A stretch of DNA of 64,000 bases, from positions 16,841-80,840 of the forward strand of contig CAWBVP010000018.1 in assembly GCA_963792265.1 (NCBI GenBank). Direction: 5' to 3'. Every line of letters begins with the position of its first letter. Within the stretch, counting starts at the first letter, position 1. Below, in pieces: positions 39,919 to 52,008 of this stretch. The stretch comes from an uncultured Gemmatimonadales bacterium. Lineage in GTDB: Bacteria > Gemmatimonadota > Gemmatimonadetes > Gemmatimonadales > GWC2-71-9. The translations under genes were made by a program, and so were the position numbers. The notes beneath the pieces were generated by a model. It had not been told where the DNA came from and made no database searches. It was given only the letters and a program-made list of their open reading frames with translations.

Positions 39919-41190
39919 GATCTCACGGTCCGAAGGAGACCGGAATTTAGAGATCGGGAGAGGAGATGGCCACCTGTAGACGCTCCCAGCCTCCCTTCGA
40001 TGAACCGCCGCTGCGGCTCCTGCCGGGTGAGCTCGAGGGCCGTTCGGTAGGACTCGATCGCTTCTGCCGTTCGCCCCAGCCGCCGACACAGCTCCGCCCG
40101 CGCCGAGTGGGCCAGGCGCATAGTCGCGCCAGCTCGCCCCGGCCGAGAATCTCGTCGATCAGCTCCAGCCCTCGCGCGGGCCCATCCCGCATGGCGATCG
40201 CCGCCGCCCGGTTGAGCTCCACCACCGGAGATGGCTCGGCCCGGAGCAGCACGTCGTACAGCCCGACGATCTCCTCCCAGTCGGTGGCCTCCGGTGCCGG
40301 CGCCTCGGCGTGGAGTGCAGCGATGGCCGCCTGCAAGGTGTAGGGGCCGAATTGCCGGGAGCCCAGCGCCCGTTCGACCAGAGCCACGCCTTCGGCGATC
40401 TGTTCCCGATTCCAGCGCGAGCGGTCCTGCTCCGCCAACAGGACCAGCTCGCCGTCGGCGGTGGTGCGGGCCGCGCGACGCGACTCGTGCAGCAGCATCA
40501 ACGCCAGGAGTCCCAGCGCCTCCGGCTCCGGCAGCAGCTCGACCAGCAACCGCCCCAGCCGGATGGCCTCGCCGAGAGGTCGTGCCGGGTCAGCGGTGGC
40601 GCCGGAGGAGGCGGAGTAGCCCTCGTTGAAGACCAGGTAAATGACGTGGAGCACGGTGTCCAGCCGCTCCGGCAGATCGGCCCGCGCCGGACCTGATAGG
40701 GAATCTTTGCGGCCTGGATCTTGGCCTTGGCCCGCACGATCCGCTGCGCCAGGGTGGGCGCGGGCGATGAGGAACGCCCGGGCGATCTCCTCGGTGGTGA
40801 GACCGCAGACCTCCCGCAGGGTAAGCGCGATCTGGGCGTCGGGCGGCAGGGCGGGGTGGCAGCAGGTGAAGATGAGCCGGAGCCGGTCGTCGTCGACCCC
40901 CTCGTCGTCCAGCTCGATGCGCCGGGGTGACGCCGTCGCCCAGACGCTCGGCCACGACGCGAGCGAGGCGTCGAACCTCGCCCGCCGGCGCAATCTGTCG
41001 ATGGCCTTGAAGCGGCCGGTGGAGACCAGCCAGGCCCGGGGATTGGCGGCACCCCGTCCGCCGGCCAGCGCTCCACCGCCGCCGCGAAGGCGTCCTGCAG
41101 CGCCTCCTCGGCCAGATCGAAATCGCCGAGGAGGCGGATGAGGGTGGCCAGGACCCGCCGAGATTCTGCCCGGAAGAGCTCTTCGATCAC
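39915..41190 (-). pseudogene. ECF-like sigma-70 family factor with long C-terminal helical domain; several frame changes
   Basis: LFRAESRRVLATLIRLLGDFDLAEEALQDAF ... NPRAWLVSTGRFKAIDRLRRR ... ALTLREVCGLTTEEIARAF ... VIYLVFNEGY ... GPYTLQAAIAALHAEAP ... RAELCRRLGRTAEAIESYRTALEL. Confidence 0.8.
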
Positions 41191-41585
41191 GGCACTCGCC
41201 GTCTGCGCCGCTCGCCTTGCACTCGCCGCGCTCCTTGGAGAAATCCTCGATCGGCCGCACCTCGACCGAGCCGAACCGCGCGGTAGGGATGCGGGAGGCG
41301 ACCTGGATGGCCTCGTTCAAATCCTTGGCTTCGATCAGGTAGAACCCGCCCAGCTGCTCCTTGGTCTCGGCGAAGGGGCCGTCGGTGGTGGAGATCTTGC
41401 CGTTGCGCACCCGGACGGTGGTGGCGGTGCCGGTGGGCTGCAGCGCTTCGCCCGCCGATAGCTTGCCGTTCTTCGCGATGTCCGCGGTGAAGTCGAAGTA
41501 CTCGTGCATGATGGCCCCGTACTGGGCCGGCGGCCATGGTCTCCCAGTTCTTCTCGTTCTCGTAGATCAGGCAGAGGTATTTCAT
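41187..41585 (-). pseudogene. YCII-related domain protein, frame change near 41520; 3' end uncertain
   Basis: MKYLCLIYENEKNWETMA, then in another frame FTADIAKNGKLSAGEALQPTGTATTVRVRNGKISTTDGPFAETKEQLGGFYLIEAKDLNEAIQVASRIP. Confidence 0.75.
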
Positions 41586-41685
41586 GGGGTCCTCAGAGAT
41601 GGGGTGACGGTGTGGACGCTAGATAGTCGTTCGGGCCGGCCGGGAATCGACATCGCTACATCACGAGGCCGGCCCCACCCCGGTT

Positions 41686-42165
41686 TCACCGTCTCCAGGT
41701 ATAGCCAAAGCCCAGGTTGGCCATCAGCTCCACTGCATGAACCGCGGTCGCAACCCGGCCCCCAGTCCGAAGAGGGCCGGAAAACCCGCCATCAGAGGTA
41801 TAGCCGTATCCCACCGTCATTCCGGGGCCGTAGCGGGCCCGTTCGCTGCCTGGACCTATGCTTACGGCGATCGGAGCGTAGACCGCCTCGAGGAACAGCC
41901 GGTGGCGCTGACCGGTGAAGAGCCGCAGGCCGAGGGCTGCCTCCACCCCGGTGTCGAGCCCGGTGCCGAGCCCGGCGACCACCGAAGCCTGGTGGGGAAA
42001 CCAATATTCGACGGTTCCTCCGAAGCCGGCGAAGGTGTTCCCCAGGCCGGCCATCACGGTCAGCCGGTGAGCACCCGGCTCGTCGACATCGGCTTCCTGC
42101 GCCAGCAGCGGGGGCGCGGTGCACGCGGCCACGATCGCGAACGTTCGCAGCGTCGGAAATCGCAT
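41686..42165 (-). CDS. small outer-membrane beta-barrel-like protein
   Basis: Signal peptide MRFPTLRTFAIVAACTAPPLLAQ. Gly/aromatic alternating strands. Confidence 0.5.
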   Translation of the reverse strand: MRFPTLRTFAIVAACTAPPLLAQEADVDEPGAHRLTVMAGLGNTFAGFGGTVEYWFPHQASVVAGLGTGLDTGVEAALGLRLFTGQRHRLFLEAVYAPIAVSIGPGSERARYGPGMTVGYGYTSDGGFSGPLRTGGRVATAVHAVELMANLGFGYTWRR

Positions 42166-42280
42166 AGGTCACCATTAGAATGAAGCAGGGAACAGCCTGC
42201 CGCGAGAGAATCTGGCGGACGATCCGTTTTTGCGCTACATCTATTCACCCTTCCCGAATTCGCCTGGCTCAGAGATTCCC

Positions 42281-45121
42281 TTGGCGCACGTCAGATTTCA
42301 ATCCGTTGTCGTGCTCGCGCTCCTCGCGGCCTGCGGGGGCGGAAGCAACATCGAGCCACCTCCTCCGCATGCCACCAAGCTGGCGCTCACCGTTCAGCCT
42401 CCGGCCCAGGCGCAGAGCGGCATCAGCCTCACGCCGGCACCGGCGGTGCAGCTGCAGGACGACCAGGGAGCCGCCGTGGCGCAGGCCGGCGTGCCGGTGA
42501 CCGTGGCGATCGCCAGCGGCGGAGGCAGCCTGACCGGCTCCGCCACGGTGAATACCTCGGCCGCCGGGCTGGCCACCTTCAGCGGACTGGGCATTCACGG
42601 AACTGTCGGTTCCCGGACCCTGGCGTTTACCGCGCCGGAGCTGACGGGAGCGACCTCGGGGACGATCGATCTGTCCGCCGGGGCCGCCGCAGTGATAACG
42701 GCGTTGGCCGGCGATCAGCAGACCGCCGGTCCCGGCACTCCCGTCGCCACCGCTCCTTCGGTAGCGGTCACTGACGGGGACAACAATCCGGTGGCGAGCG
42801 TTGCGGTCGGCTTTCAGGTCACCGCCGGAGGCGGCGCGGTGGAGCCGGCCGCCGTCAACACCGACGCCAGCGGCCATGCCTCGGTCACCAGCTGGACCCT
42901 GGGCCCGGCTCCGGGTCCCAACACCCTGACCGCCACCGTCTTCGGCCATCCCCGGAGCATCGGTGGTCTTCACGGCCACCGGGAGCGCCGATGTGGCGAC
43001 GATCAGCGGAACGATCAGCCTCTCCACCCGGCTTTTGTCGCGGGGGAATCCAACCCGAGCCACGACGCTCAGCGCTCGGGGCCGGCAAAAATTCCGGTCA
43101 CTGCAGACGCGGACAGCTTCGGCGCACCTCGCCCCGGTCAGCGCGATCCAGGCCGGCCGAGCTGATCGTCACCTACCGCGCGGCTTCCCTCGGCGCTCCG
43201 GCGATGGGATCCCGGGCACTGGCGTCGCGCTCGCTGGGAGCGGCGGTCAGCAGCGCCATTCGGGCCCACGTCCAGGCGCATCTGTCGGCGCGGGCCTCCG
43301 CGGTCACCGGAGTCTCGCCCTCGGTCATGGCGGCCCGGATTCGAGTGCAGAGCCCGGGTGACGTCGCCAGTGTCGCGGCGGAGCTGCGCCGTGACCCCGC
43401 GGTGGCAACGGTCGAGCCCAACGGGCTGGTGTTTGGGGACGCCGGCAGGATGCCGATCCGAGCCGCCAACGATCGCTTCTATCCGGAACAGGCCTGGCAC
43501 TACGGAATGATCGATCTGCCGGAGGCGTGGGCTATCACGACCGGGTCTTCGGCGGTGCTCGTCGGGAGTGGTGGATGACGGGATCCGGTTCGATCACCCC
43601 GACATCACGGCCAATCTCACCACCGATGGCTACGATTTCGTCTCCAACGACTTCACAGCCTGTTCCGGCACCGCGTCCCCCGCGCGGGCGACGGCGACGG
43701 CTACGACCCCGACCCGACCGTGCCAGCGATCTGTGATGGAGGAGCCGACTCGATCGGTGGCCACGGCCTCCACGTGGCCGGCACCATCGGAGCGGTAGGA
43801 AACGATGGGCTCGGCGCCACCGGGATCAACTGGACGGTCAGGATCCGCCCGGTGCGGGTGCTCGATATCGATGACGCCGGGACTGACTACGATGTGGCGC
43901 AGGGGATCCTGTATGCGGCGGGCCTTCCCGCGGACGACGGTAATGGAGCCACGGTGCAGGCGAGTCCCGGAGCCAAGGTCATCAACCTGAGCCTGGGAGG
44001 CCCCACCACAAGCAAGGTGATCCATGACGCAGTCATCGCCGCTACCAACGCCGGCGCCCTGATCGTCGCGGCCGCGGGAAATGACGGCACCTCGGACCCC
44101 AGCTACCCCGCGTCCTTCCCCGAGGTGCTGTCGGTGTCCGCCGTCGGGCCGGACCGAGAACTGGCGTCGTATTCATCCTTCGGGCCTACCATCGGGATAG
44201 CGGCGCCCGGCGGCGACTTTGACGATGGTGATGCGACGTTCGGCGTGCTGTCGCTGATCTGGGACTTCAAGATGGGCGGCGCCGGCCTACGCCTTTGCCG
44301 ATGGCACCTCCATGGCTACCCCGCATGTGACCGGAGTTGCCGCGCTGCTGCTGGCCCAGAATCCGGGACTGACCGCGGCGGAGCTCAGGTCGCGGCTGAC
44401 CAGCTACGCCGTGGACGCCGGATCAGCTGGAAGGGACGACAAGTTCGGAGCCGGCATCGTCAACGCGCGGAACAGCCTGACCCAGACCCTGGCTCCTCCC
44501 CGGCAGCTGTTTGCGAGACTCTACGACGCGGCCACCGGCGGCGTGGTTCAGACCGTCGCCGCCACGAGCCGGGCGTACACCTTCTCCGGGGTGACCAGCG
44601 GATCCTATCAGGTGTATGCGGGAGAGGACGAGGACGCTGACCAGGCGATCGGGATTCCCGGCCGGCGCTGGGGCGCATTCGGCGGTACCGCAACGCCCTC
44701 CGCCATCGACGTGACCGGGGCAGGAACCCACCACGCCTCGTTCTCCGTCGGACGTCCGGCCGAGCAGGAGCCGAATGACCGGTTCGGCAATGCGAATCTT
44801 CTGGTGGTCGGGGGATATCTGATCGGCGACACCAGTCCGGACGACAACGATTCCTATCGGGTTCTGATCCCGCAGCAGGGGCAGTACACGTTCGAGACTT
44901 CCGCGGTCGACGGAGCCTGCGGGTTTGCGCTGGAGGAGGACACGGTCATCGGAGTCTTCGATGCCCAGGGCACCCCGCTCGGCTCCAACGACGACATCAA
45001 CCAGGCCACCGACAATCTCTGTTCTCGGGTCACCCTGACGCTGGCCCCGGGCCGGTACCGGGTGGACGTTCAGGGCGTCAACGGAGGCGCCTACCGTCTT
45101 CAGGCACGCGCCGGCCCATGA
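42281..45121 (+). pseudogene. S8 (subtilisin) family serine peptidase with N-terminal Ig-like domains and C-terminal pre-peptidase (PPC-like) domain; many frame changes; could be two genes
   Basis: VVVLALLAACGGG lipobox. Ig-like repeats (LALTVQPPAQAQSG...). The catalytic residues sit in VDDGIRFDHPDI, GGHGLHVAGTIGA and GTSMATPHVTGVAALLLA. The C-terminus has EPNDRFGNAN...SYRV...GRYRVDV. Confidence 0.8.
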
Positions 45122-45150
45122 GCTCGGCCGGCCTGGCTCTTGCCTTCGAA

Positions 45151-45450
45151 CTAATGGGGGAAGAACCGGCTCTCCTCCCGGATCAGCGCCAGGCTCTTGA
45201 TGCCGAGGGTGACCAGCGCCTGGAACTTTCCCTTCACGCCGATCTTCGATCCGGTGGGAGGAGGATCTCCCCGCTGGCTCACGACCGGGATGGTGCCGGT
45301 GTCATCTTTCACCTCGTAGGCGCCGACTCCGAGCCCACCCAAGGCGCCCTTCACCTGTCCTTCGATCTTGACCGTCTTTCCATTATATCGGGCTGGGTCA
45401 CTGACGAGCTGGCCTATCGGGGTGACGGACGCACAACCGCTGAGGACCAA
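45151..45450 (-). CDS. small lipoprotein (OB-fold-like), start uncertain
   Basis: LSGCASV lipobox at the ORF start. An upstream in-phase hydrophobic stretch and an ATG lie behind C6/C5 homopolymer runs (about 45490-45510). Confidence 0.5.
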   Translation of the reverse strand: MVLSGCASVTPIGQLVSDPARYNGKTVKIEGQVKGALGGLGVGAYEVKDDTGTIPVVSQRGDPPPTGSKIGVKGKFQALVTLGIKSLALIREESRFFPH

Positions 45451-45547
45451 CAGGGCGCCCAGCAGCGGCAGGAATGCCGGGAGACGGGGGCGGGGGGCGT
45501 AATCATAATGAGCTGCTCCTGATCGGAGTCGCGTTAGGTACGAGCCA

Positions 45548-45853
45548 GGATATCCGAATCTACTTCGGCCTGAACCGGTAGGCCACGATCACTGACCCGA
45601 TGAGGCTCCGCAACAGCTTTCACCACAGAGGCACAAGGACACAGAGGGATCGCAGGCCCGATGAGCTCACGACATCGCGTGATTCACGATCTCCAAAAGA
45701 TGTTTTTGTGGGATTTGGATTGGAGCTTCGTGTGGGTAGGAGCCCACCCAAAAAATTCTGCTCGTGGATGCGGCGAATGACGCGATGGTCCGTGAGCCGC
45801 TAGTGCGGATATCCGCTGACTTCGGCCTGCTGTAGGATCGCTAGCCGATGACG
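45548..45853. mobile_element. MITE-like element (copy 2) flanked by approx 50-bp imperfect direct repeats
   Basis: The core is 45618-45797. It holds TTTCACCACAGAGGCACAAGGACACAGAGGGATC, the same 15-mer GCTCACGACATCGCG (45665-45679), and the inner right arm CGCGATGGTCCGTGAGC. The direct repeats GGATATCCG..ACTTCGGCCTG..GTAGG..CCGATGA.GC lie at 45548-45606 and 45807-45853. Confidence 0.6.
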
Positions 45854-45902
45854 CTGTCGCCTCTGAATGGCTGCCGAGACCGATCCTTATCTGACCGCCA
45901 CT

Positions 45903-46636
45903 TTATCTACGCTCGGATCGGTCTGCGACATCTCGTGCAACGGCGTCGGATAGGCGTCCGGACTCCAGGTCCACCGGCACCGGCACCTCCAGCACCTCAC
46001 CCTCCACGACGACAAAGGCCCGCTCGCCCGGCCCCGGCTCCACATTCCCGAAGCCGGTGAAGCTGCCGAACGCGGGGATCAACGCTCCCCGGCTCCCGAC
46101 CAGGAAGCAGGGCAGGGTCTCCCGCTGCAGTCCTCGTCCGACCAGGGTAATGCCGGGATGGACGTGCCCGGCCAGGCCATAGCCGTCGTGCGAATCGGCC
46201 TGCTCGTGGCGGAACACGAACGGCGGCACGAAGGCCGGCGCGTTGACGCAGTTGATGCGGAGATCGTTGGGCGGGTCGCCGGCATGGCGGTCGTGATTGC
46301 CCCGCACCAGCAGGATCTCGACCGGTGACGGCCATGCTCCGCCAGCGCCGCAGCTCCGCGAGGGTATGGGAGGCGACCCGGCCGGCCTTGGCATGGAAAA
46401 GATCGCCCAACACGACCATGCGGCGGGCGCCGGTGCGGGTCAGCGCGCTGTCGAGCCGGGCCAGGTCGTCGCTGGTAGTGCCGATGGGAATCGGGGATCC
46501 CGACCGCCCGGAAGGTCGAGGCCTTGCCCCAGTGGAGGTCGGCCACCACCAGGGTGCTCGCGCTGGGCCAGTACAGCGCGCGCTCCGCGAGGAGGTAGAC
46601 CTCCTCTCCCACGATGGTGAGTGCGACATCGGTCAT
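45903..46636 (-). pseudogene. pdeM: ligase-associated DNA damage response endonuclease PdeM (metallophosphoesterase); about 3 frame changes
   Basis: MTDVALTIVGEEVYLLAERALYWPSASTLVVADLHWGK, MVVLGDLFHAKAG, LLVRGNHDRHAG and GLAGHVHPG lie in three frames. The ATG at 46636 overlaps the helicase TGA (ATGA). Confidence 0.8.
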
Positions 46637-49350
46637 CGAAAGCCTCGGCCCCGTCCCCGTGCAAAGCGTACCGATCCTGCCGCTGCACCGTTGCCGCTCG
46701 ACGCTGCCCGCTCCAGCGGCGTAAGCAAGCCGTTTCACCCGGTCGAGAAACTTCTCGCTGCTCACCTGCTCGCGCGCCCGATCCACCAGCAGGGAGAAAG
46801 CCAGCGGGGTAGGTCGCTCGACCTCGACCACGCTGATCCGCCCGCTCGCCATCCGCTCCAGCGCGCGGCCCAGCCGGCTCCGCTCCAGCTGCTTCTCCAA
46901 CACTTCGCGATGGGCCTGGAACAGGAGCAGGTTCTCCGGATCGTAGCGGGCAAAGACGTCGTACAGGAGCCCGCTCGAGGCCTGCACCTGCTTCACGCTC
47001 TTGTTGTTCCCTGGATACCCCTGAAAGATAAGCCCCGCCACCCGCGCGATCTCGCGGAACTGCCGCCGGGCCAGCTCGGCCGCATTGAGGCTGGCCGGAA
47101 TGTCGTGCAGCAGATGGTCCGGGCGAGACCAGCCCAGCCTCCAGCGCCTCTTCCAGCCTGGCCGGGTCGGGAGACAGCAGCTCGAACCCGTAATCGTTGG
47201 CCGCCAGAGTGAAAGTAATCGGAGCCAACTGGGCCAGTCGATAGGCAAAGAGCGCGGCCAGACCCTCGTGCACCAGCCGTCCCTCGACCGGATAGAAGAA
47301 CAGGTGATGGCCTTCCCGGGTCTTCACCCGCTCGATCAACAGCTCGTCGGCGGCAGGGAGCCGGGACCAGCGGGCCTGCAGCTCCAGGATCGGCCGCACC
47401 GCTTCCATCTCCGGTCCGTCGAACATCCCCTGCCGGGCCTGGTCCAGCTTGCCCCGCACCGCGGCGGCCAGCTCGGGAGAGATGGCCAGGCGGGCGCCGG
47501 TCCAATGCGGCACCACCGACGTCGCCTCCTGGGCCAGCCGCACCCACGCGGTCATGTCGCGTACCCGGACGAACTTCGAGCGTCCGTCCCGCGAAGGTGA
47601 ACACGTCGCCGGGACGGAGCCGGGCGATGAAGTTCTCCTCCACCGTGCCGATGGTCTTGCCCCGGACGAAGCGGACCTTCATCGCCGCCTCGCTCACGAT
47701 GGTCCCGATGGACATCCGGTGCCGCATGGCTGCGCCGCGGTCGCGGATGACGTAGAGGCCGTCCCGCTCGACCACCTTGTTGTACTCGGGATACGCACTC
47801 AGCGCCGCGCCGCCGCGGGTGATGAAGTCCATGACCCAGCGCCATTCGGCGTCGGTCAGATCGCGATACGCCCGGGTGGTGCGTACCTCCGCCAGCAGCT
47901 CGTCGGGACGGAACCCTCCGCCTACCGCGACCGTGACGGCGTGCTGCGCCAGCAGATCGAGCGGACGCTCCACCGGGAGGCGAGACTCGATGGCACCGGC
48001 GCCCAGCGCATCGCGCGCGGCGGCGACATCGACCAGCTCCAGCGCATTGGTGGGAACACAGGTCAGCCGGCTGACCGCGCCCGGCTGGTGGCCGCTCCGG
48101 CCGGCGCGCTGAATCAAGCGGCCCACGGCCTTGGGGCTTCCGACCTGGAGCACCCGGTCCACCGGGGTGAAGTCGACGCCGAGGTCGAGGGTCGAGGTGC
48201 AGACCACGCAGCGGAGCCGGCCGTCCCGGATGCCGTCTTCCACCCATTCCCGGGTGTCGCGGTCCAGCGAGCCATGATGCAGCGCGATGACCCCGGCCCA
48301 GTCGGGCCGCGCCTCGAGCAGTGCCTGAAACCAGAGCTCGGCCGTGGCCCGGGTGTTGGTGAAGACGAGCGAGGTCTGGCCCTCCTCGATCGCGCGGATC
48401 ACTTCGGGCAGCAGCCGGAGACCGATCTGCCCCGACCAGGGAAACCGCTCCATGGTCTCCGGAATGAGCGAGTCCACCTCCAGCGCCTTGGGGACCAGCC
48501 CGCGCACGATGCGGCCGGGCGCTCGCAAGCCGCTCGCGGGTCGATGCCGAGCAGAGTGTCGCGCGCGGTTTCGAGATTCCCCAGCGTCGCCGAAAGCCCC
48601 CAGGTGCGAAGACCGGGACGCCAACGGCGGAGCCGGGCCAGGGCGAGCTCGGTCTGAACCCCCCGCTTCGAGGCCATGAGCTCGTGCCATTCGTCCACCA
48701 CCACCAGCTCGAGGTGCTGGAACAGCTCCGCGGCATCGTCGCGGGTGAGCAGGAGCGACAGGCTTTCCGGTGTGGTGACGAGGGCGGTGGGAAGGCGCCG
48801 GCTCTGCCGGGCTCGGATCCCGGGCGCGGTGTCGCCGGTGCGGGACTCGACGGTCCAGGGGAGGCCGAGGTCTTCGACCGGGGCGAGCAGCGCGGCTTGG
48901 GTGTCCGCAGCGAGTGCTCTAAGAGGAGTGACCCAGAGAATGCGCAGCGGCGGGCTCCCCTCGGCTGCCCGCCGGCCCGCTGCCCGCTGCCCCGCCGGAT
49001 AATCCCTCATCCACTCCAGCACCGGCCCCATCCAGGCCGCGTAGGTCTTGCCGGTGCCGGTGGCGGCGTGGATCAGCCCGCTCTCACCGGCGAGATACGC
49101 CCGCCAGACCTCCTCCTGGAACTGGAACGGCTCCCAGCCTTCGGACTGGAACCACTCGCGGACGCACTCGATCGGCTCCCGGTTGCTGCAGTTGACGGTC
49201 GGAGAGGGCTCGGCTCGGCCTGGGCGGAGCAGCCGCGGCTTCGGCGGCCTTCTCCTCCCGCCGGCGGGCAGCTCGAGCTCGGCGCAGATCGACCGCCAGC
49301 GCGGATCCGCCTCGGCGTGGTTTGGCGCTTACGATTTCATCATCCGTCAT
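46633..49350 (-). pseudogene. ligase-associated DNA damage response DEXH-box helicase (Lhr-like); at least 5 frame changes
   Basis: [68 protein letters not shown] and QRAGRSGH, plus C-terminal winged-helix-region pieces. The ATG at 49350 overlaps the upstream MBL gene TGA. Confidence 0.85.
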
Positions 49351-50285
49351 AGCTGATAAAGATACGCCCGCCTTCGGAGGCCAACACGATTCATGCGCTG
49401 ACGCGCGCTCGGGCCGGCTGGGCGTCCAGGCCCGACGTCATTAGGCCCGCCGAAGGCGGCGTAGCGTGACGATGTATCATCGGTGATTGCCGCGATGTAG
49501 CGGTCGGCGGAAGAGCGAAGCGCCTCCTTCGCGTTCGCCTTCACGTTCCGACCGAACCAGGCCCCATAGATCTGATCGAACGGGTACGGCTCGACCGCCG
49601 CCACGATCCGGCGCACCGTCTCAGCGTTGACCGGGATGAAGTTGGGAAAGCTGTACATGAAGCTCACCGTCTTCCGGTCCTGTCCCACCTGAATCACGTC
49701 TCCGCTGAGCAGGGCGCCCTTGCCGCCGGCGCCGCCGGCCCAGTGCAGCACCGTTCCCCCGGGAAAGTGGCCGCCGAGCCGGATGAGGGTGAGTCCCGGC
49801 GCCAGCTGATGGGTGTCGCCGTGCCAGAAGACAACCGCGGGATGCGGACGCATGACCCACTCGCCGTCGGCCGCATGGAGATAGACCGGCACATCGCCCA
49901 GGGCCCGGCTCCACTCGACCATCGACGAGTAGTAGTGGGGGTGGGAGATGGCGATGGCAGACACGCCGCCGAGCGCCTGGATGGCGTTGACGCTCCGGTC
50001 GTCGATCAGGGTGATGCAGTCCCAGAGCACATTGCCGTCCGGGGTCCGGACGTGCAGCGCCCGCTGCCCGAGCGCGAAGGTGGGCTCGGTGACCAGGCTG
50101 ATCAGCTCGGGCCCCTCGACATCGAGCTGGTTCCTGTGGGTGGCCTGCAGCTCCTTCAGCGTGGTCCACGCTGTCCCTCCCAGCCGATGTACTGCCGCTC
50201 GTCCTCGCAGACGGTGCATCGCTCCGGCGGGACCGCGGTGTCGGCGTACTGAACGCCGCAGGTGGCGCAGATGTAGTTGGGCATG
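49347..50285 (-). pseudogene. MBL-fold metallo-hydrolase with N-terminal CxxC...CxxC knuckle; frameshift near 50165
   Basis: MPNYICATCGVQYADTAVPPERCTVCEDERQYIGWEGQ, then in another frame WTTLKELQ...AIAISHPHYYSSM... Confidence 0.7.
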
Positions 50286-50295
50286 TCTTAAATAA

Positions 50296-50417
50296 CAGTG
50301 TGAGCGGGACGGGAAACGGGAGGCGGGATACGTCCCCTCGAACTGGTCAGGTCGATCCTGCGGGCTCGACTAGCTCTACTCGCCCCTCACCGCTTCACTG
50401 TCCTCCGCTCACGCTTC
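50296..50417. repeat. inverted-repeat element (GTGAGCGGGACGGGAAACGGGAGGCGGG left arm; CTCACCGCTT...CCGCTCACGCTT right arm)
   Basis: Read directly. The right arm contains the TGA stop of the ligase gene (50387). Motifs are shared with 32243-32320. Confidence 0.8.
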
Positions 50418-52006
50418 AGCAATGCCCTCACCGTCTCAATCGTATCCGCCTCTTCCGCCTTCTTGTCGGTCCGCCAGCTCGCCATCCGGGGAAACCGCAC
50501 CGCGATTCCCGACTTGTGCCGGCTGGAGCGCTGGATGCCCTCGAAATGCAGCTCGAAGACCAGCTCCGGCTTGACCGTGCGCACCGGGCCGAACTTCTCC
50601 AGCGTGTTGCGCCGGACGAAGGCGTCCACCTTGCGGATCTCCTCGTCGGTCAGCCCGGAGTACGCCTTGGCGAACGGCACCAGGTGATTCCCCTCCCAGA
50701 TCCCGAAGGTGTAGTCGGTAAAGAGTCCGGCGCGCTTGCCGCTGCCCGGGCTGGGCGTAGATAGCACCGCATCCACGGTGAGAGGATCCACCTTCCACTT
50801 CCACCAGTCCCCCGCCGCCGGCCGACGCCGTACTCGCGAGGATAGCCGCTTGAGCATGAGCCCCTCGGCACCGGCGTCCCGAGCGCCGCGGCGAGCCTCG
50901 GTGAGCTGCTCCCAGTTGGCGGCGGTCGACCGCGGGCGACAGCATGAGCCGCCCGCCGCGGCACCGACTCGAGCAAGGCGGCCAGCCGCGCTGCGCCGCT
51001 CGCTCAAGCGGAAGCGACCGGACGTCGGCGCCGGCTTCCTCCAGCAGGTCGTAGGCCACCAGGACCGACGGGCACCTCGTCCAGAATCTTCCGGCCCAGA
51101 TTCTTCCGCCCGATACGGCGCTGGAGCTGGGCGAAGGGCAGGGGGCCGCCATCCACCCAGGGAAGCAGCTCGCCGTCGATGACGGTGCCCTCGGGAAGCA
51201 GCGCGCCGATCTCCTCCACCTCGGGAAACCGGCCGGCCAGCAGCTCTTCGCCCCGCGACCAGAGAAACGTGCGCCCCGCCCGGCGGATCAGCTGGGCCCG
51301 GATGCCGTCCCACTTCCATTCCGCGATCCACTCCTGCGAGTCGCCCAGGGAGGCGGGCTCCGCCCTCCAGCGGATGCGCCAGGAAGAACGGGTAGGGCCG
51401 GCTCACATCGGCGTCCCGGGTATCCGGCGCGATCAGTCGCTGGAAGAATTCCGGCGGTCGGCTCCCACGCGCCCATGAGCCGATGGGCGATCACGCCCTC
51501 GTCCACCCCGCTCACCTCGGCCAGCGCCCGGACGACCAGCCGCTGCGAGGCGCCCACCCGGAAGCTTCCGGTGATGAGCTTGTTCCAGACGAAGCGCTCC
51601 TGCCGGTCCAGCTCCCGCCAGGCGCGCACCATGCACCTCGCGCTGCACGTCATCGTCCTCGCCCCGGAGGCGGAGCAGCCGCTCCTCGACCCAGTGCGCC
51701 AGCGAGCAGCTCGCTCGACTCGCCGGTCGTCCGGCAGGAGCAGGGTGATGGTCTCGGCGAGATCGCCGACCGCGTGGTAGCTCTCCTCGAACAGCCAGTC
51801 GGGGATACCGGCCTCTTCCGCCGCCCAGGCGGCCAGCTTGCGGGATGCCGACCAGCCGCTTGGGGCGCCGGCCGCTGAGGAAGTGCACCGCCCAGGCGGC
51901 GTCGGCCGGCGGGGCGCTGCGGAAGTACGTCGACCAGCGCCGCGACCTTCTCGTTGGTGGCGGTGGTCTCATCGATCGCGGCGAAGAGCCGAGCGAAGCT
52001 CTTCAC
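50387..52006 (-). pseudogene. ATP-dependent DNA ligase (ligase-associated damage-response type); many frame changes
   Basis: KSFARLFAAIDETTATNEKVAALVDYFRSAPPADAAWAVHFLSGRRPKRL, LEWKWDGIRAQLIRRAG, GTVIDGELLPW, EGLMLKRLSS, WWKWKVDP and RFPRMASWRTDK lie in several frames. The suggested start is the GTG at 52006. Confidence 0.85.
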
Positions 52007-52008
52007 AG

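Noticed and set aside
45600-45803. 67-aa ORF inside the MITE-like element.
   Set aside because: It spans the inverted-repeat arms (HHRGTRTQRD is translated CACAGAGG repeats), has no ribosome-binding site and no family resemblance.
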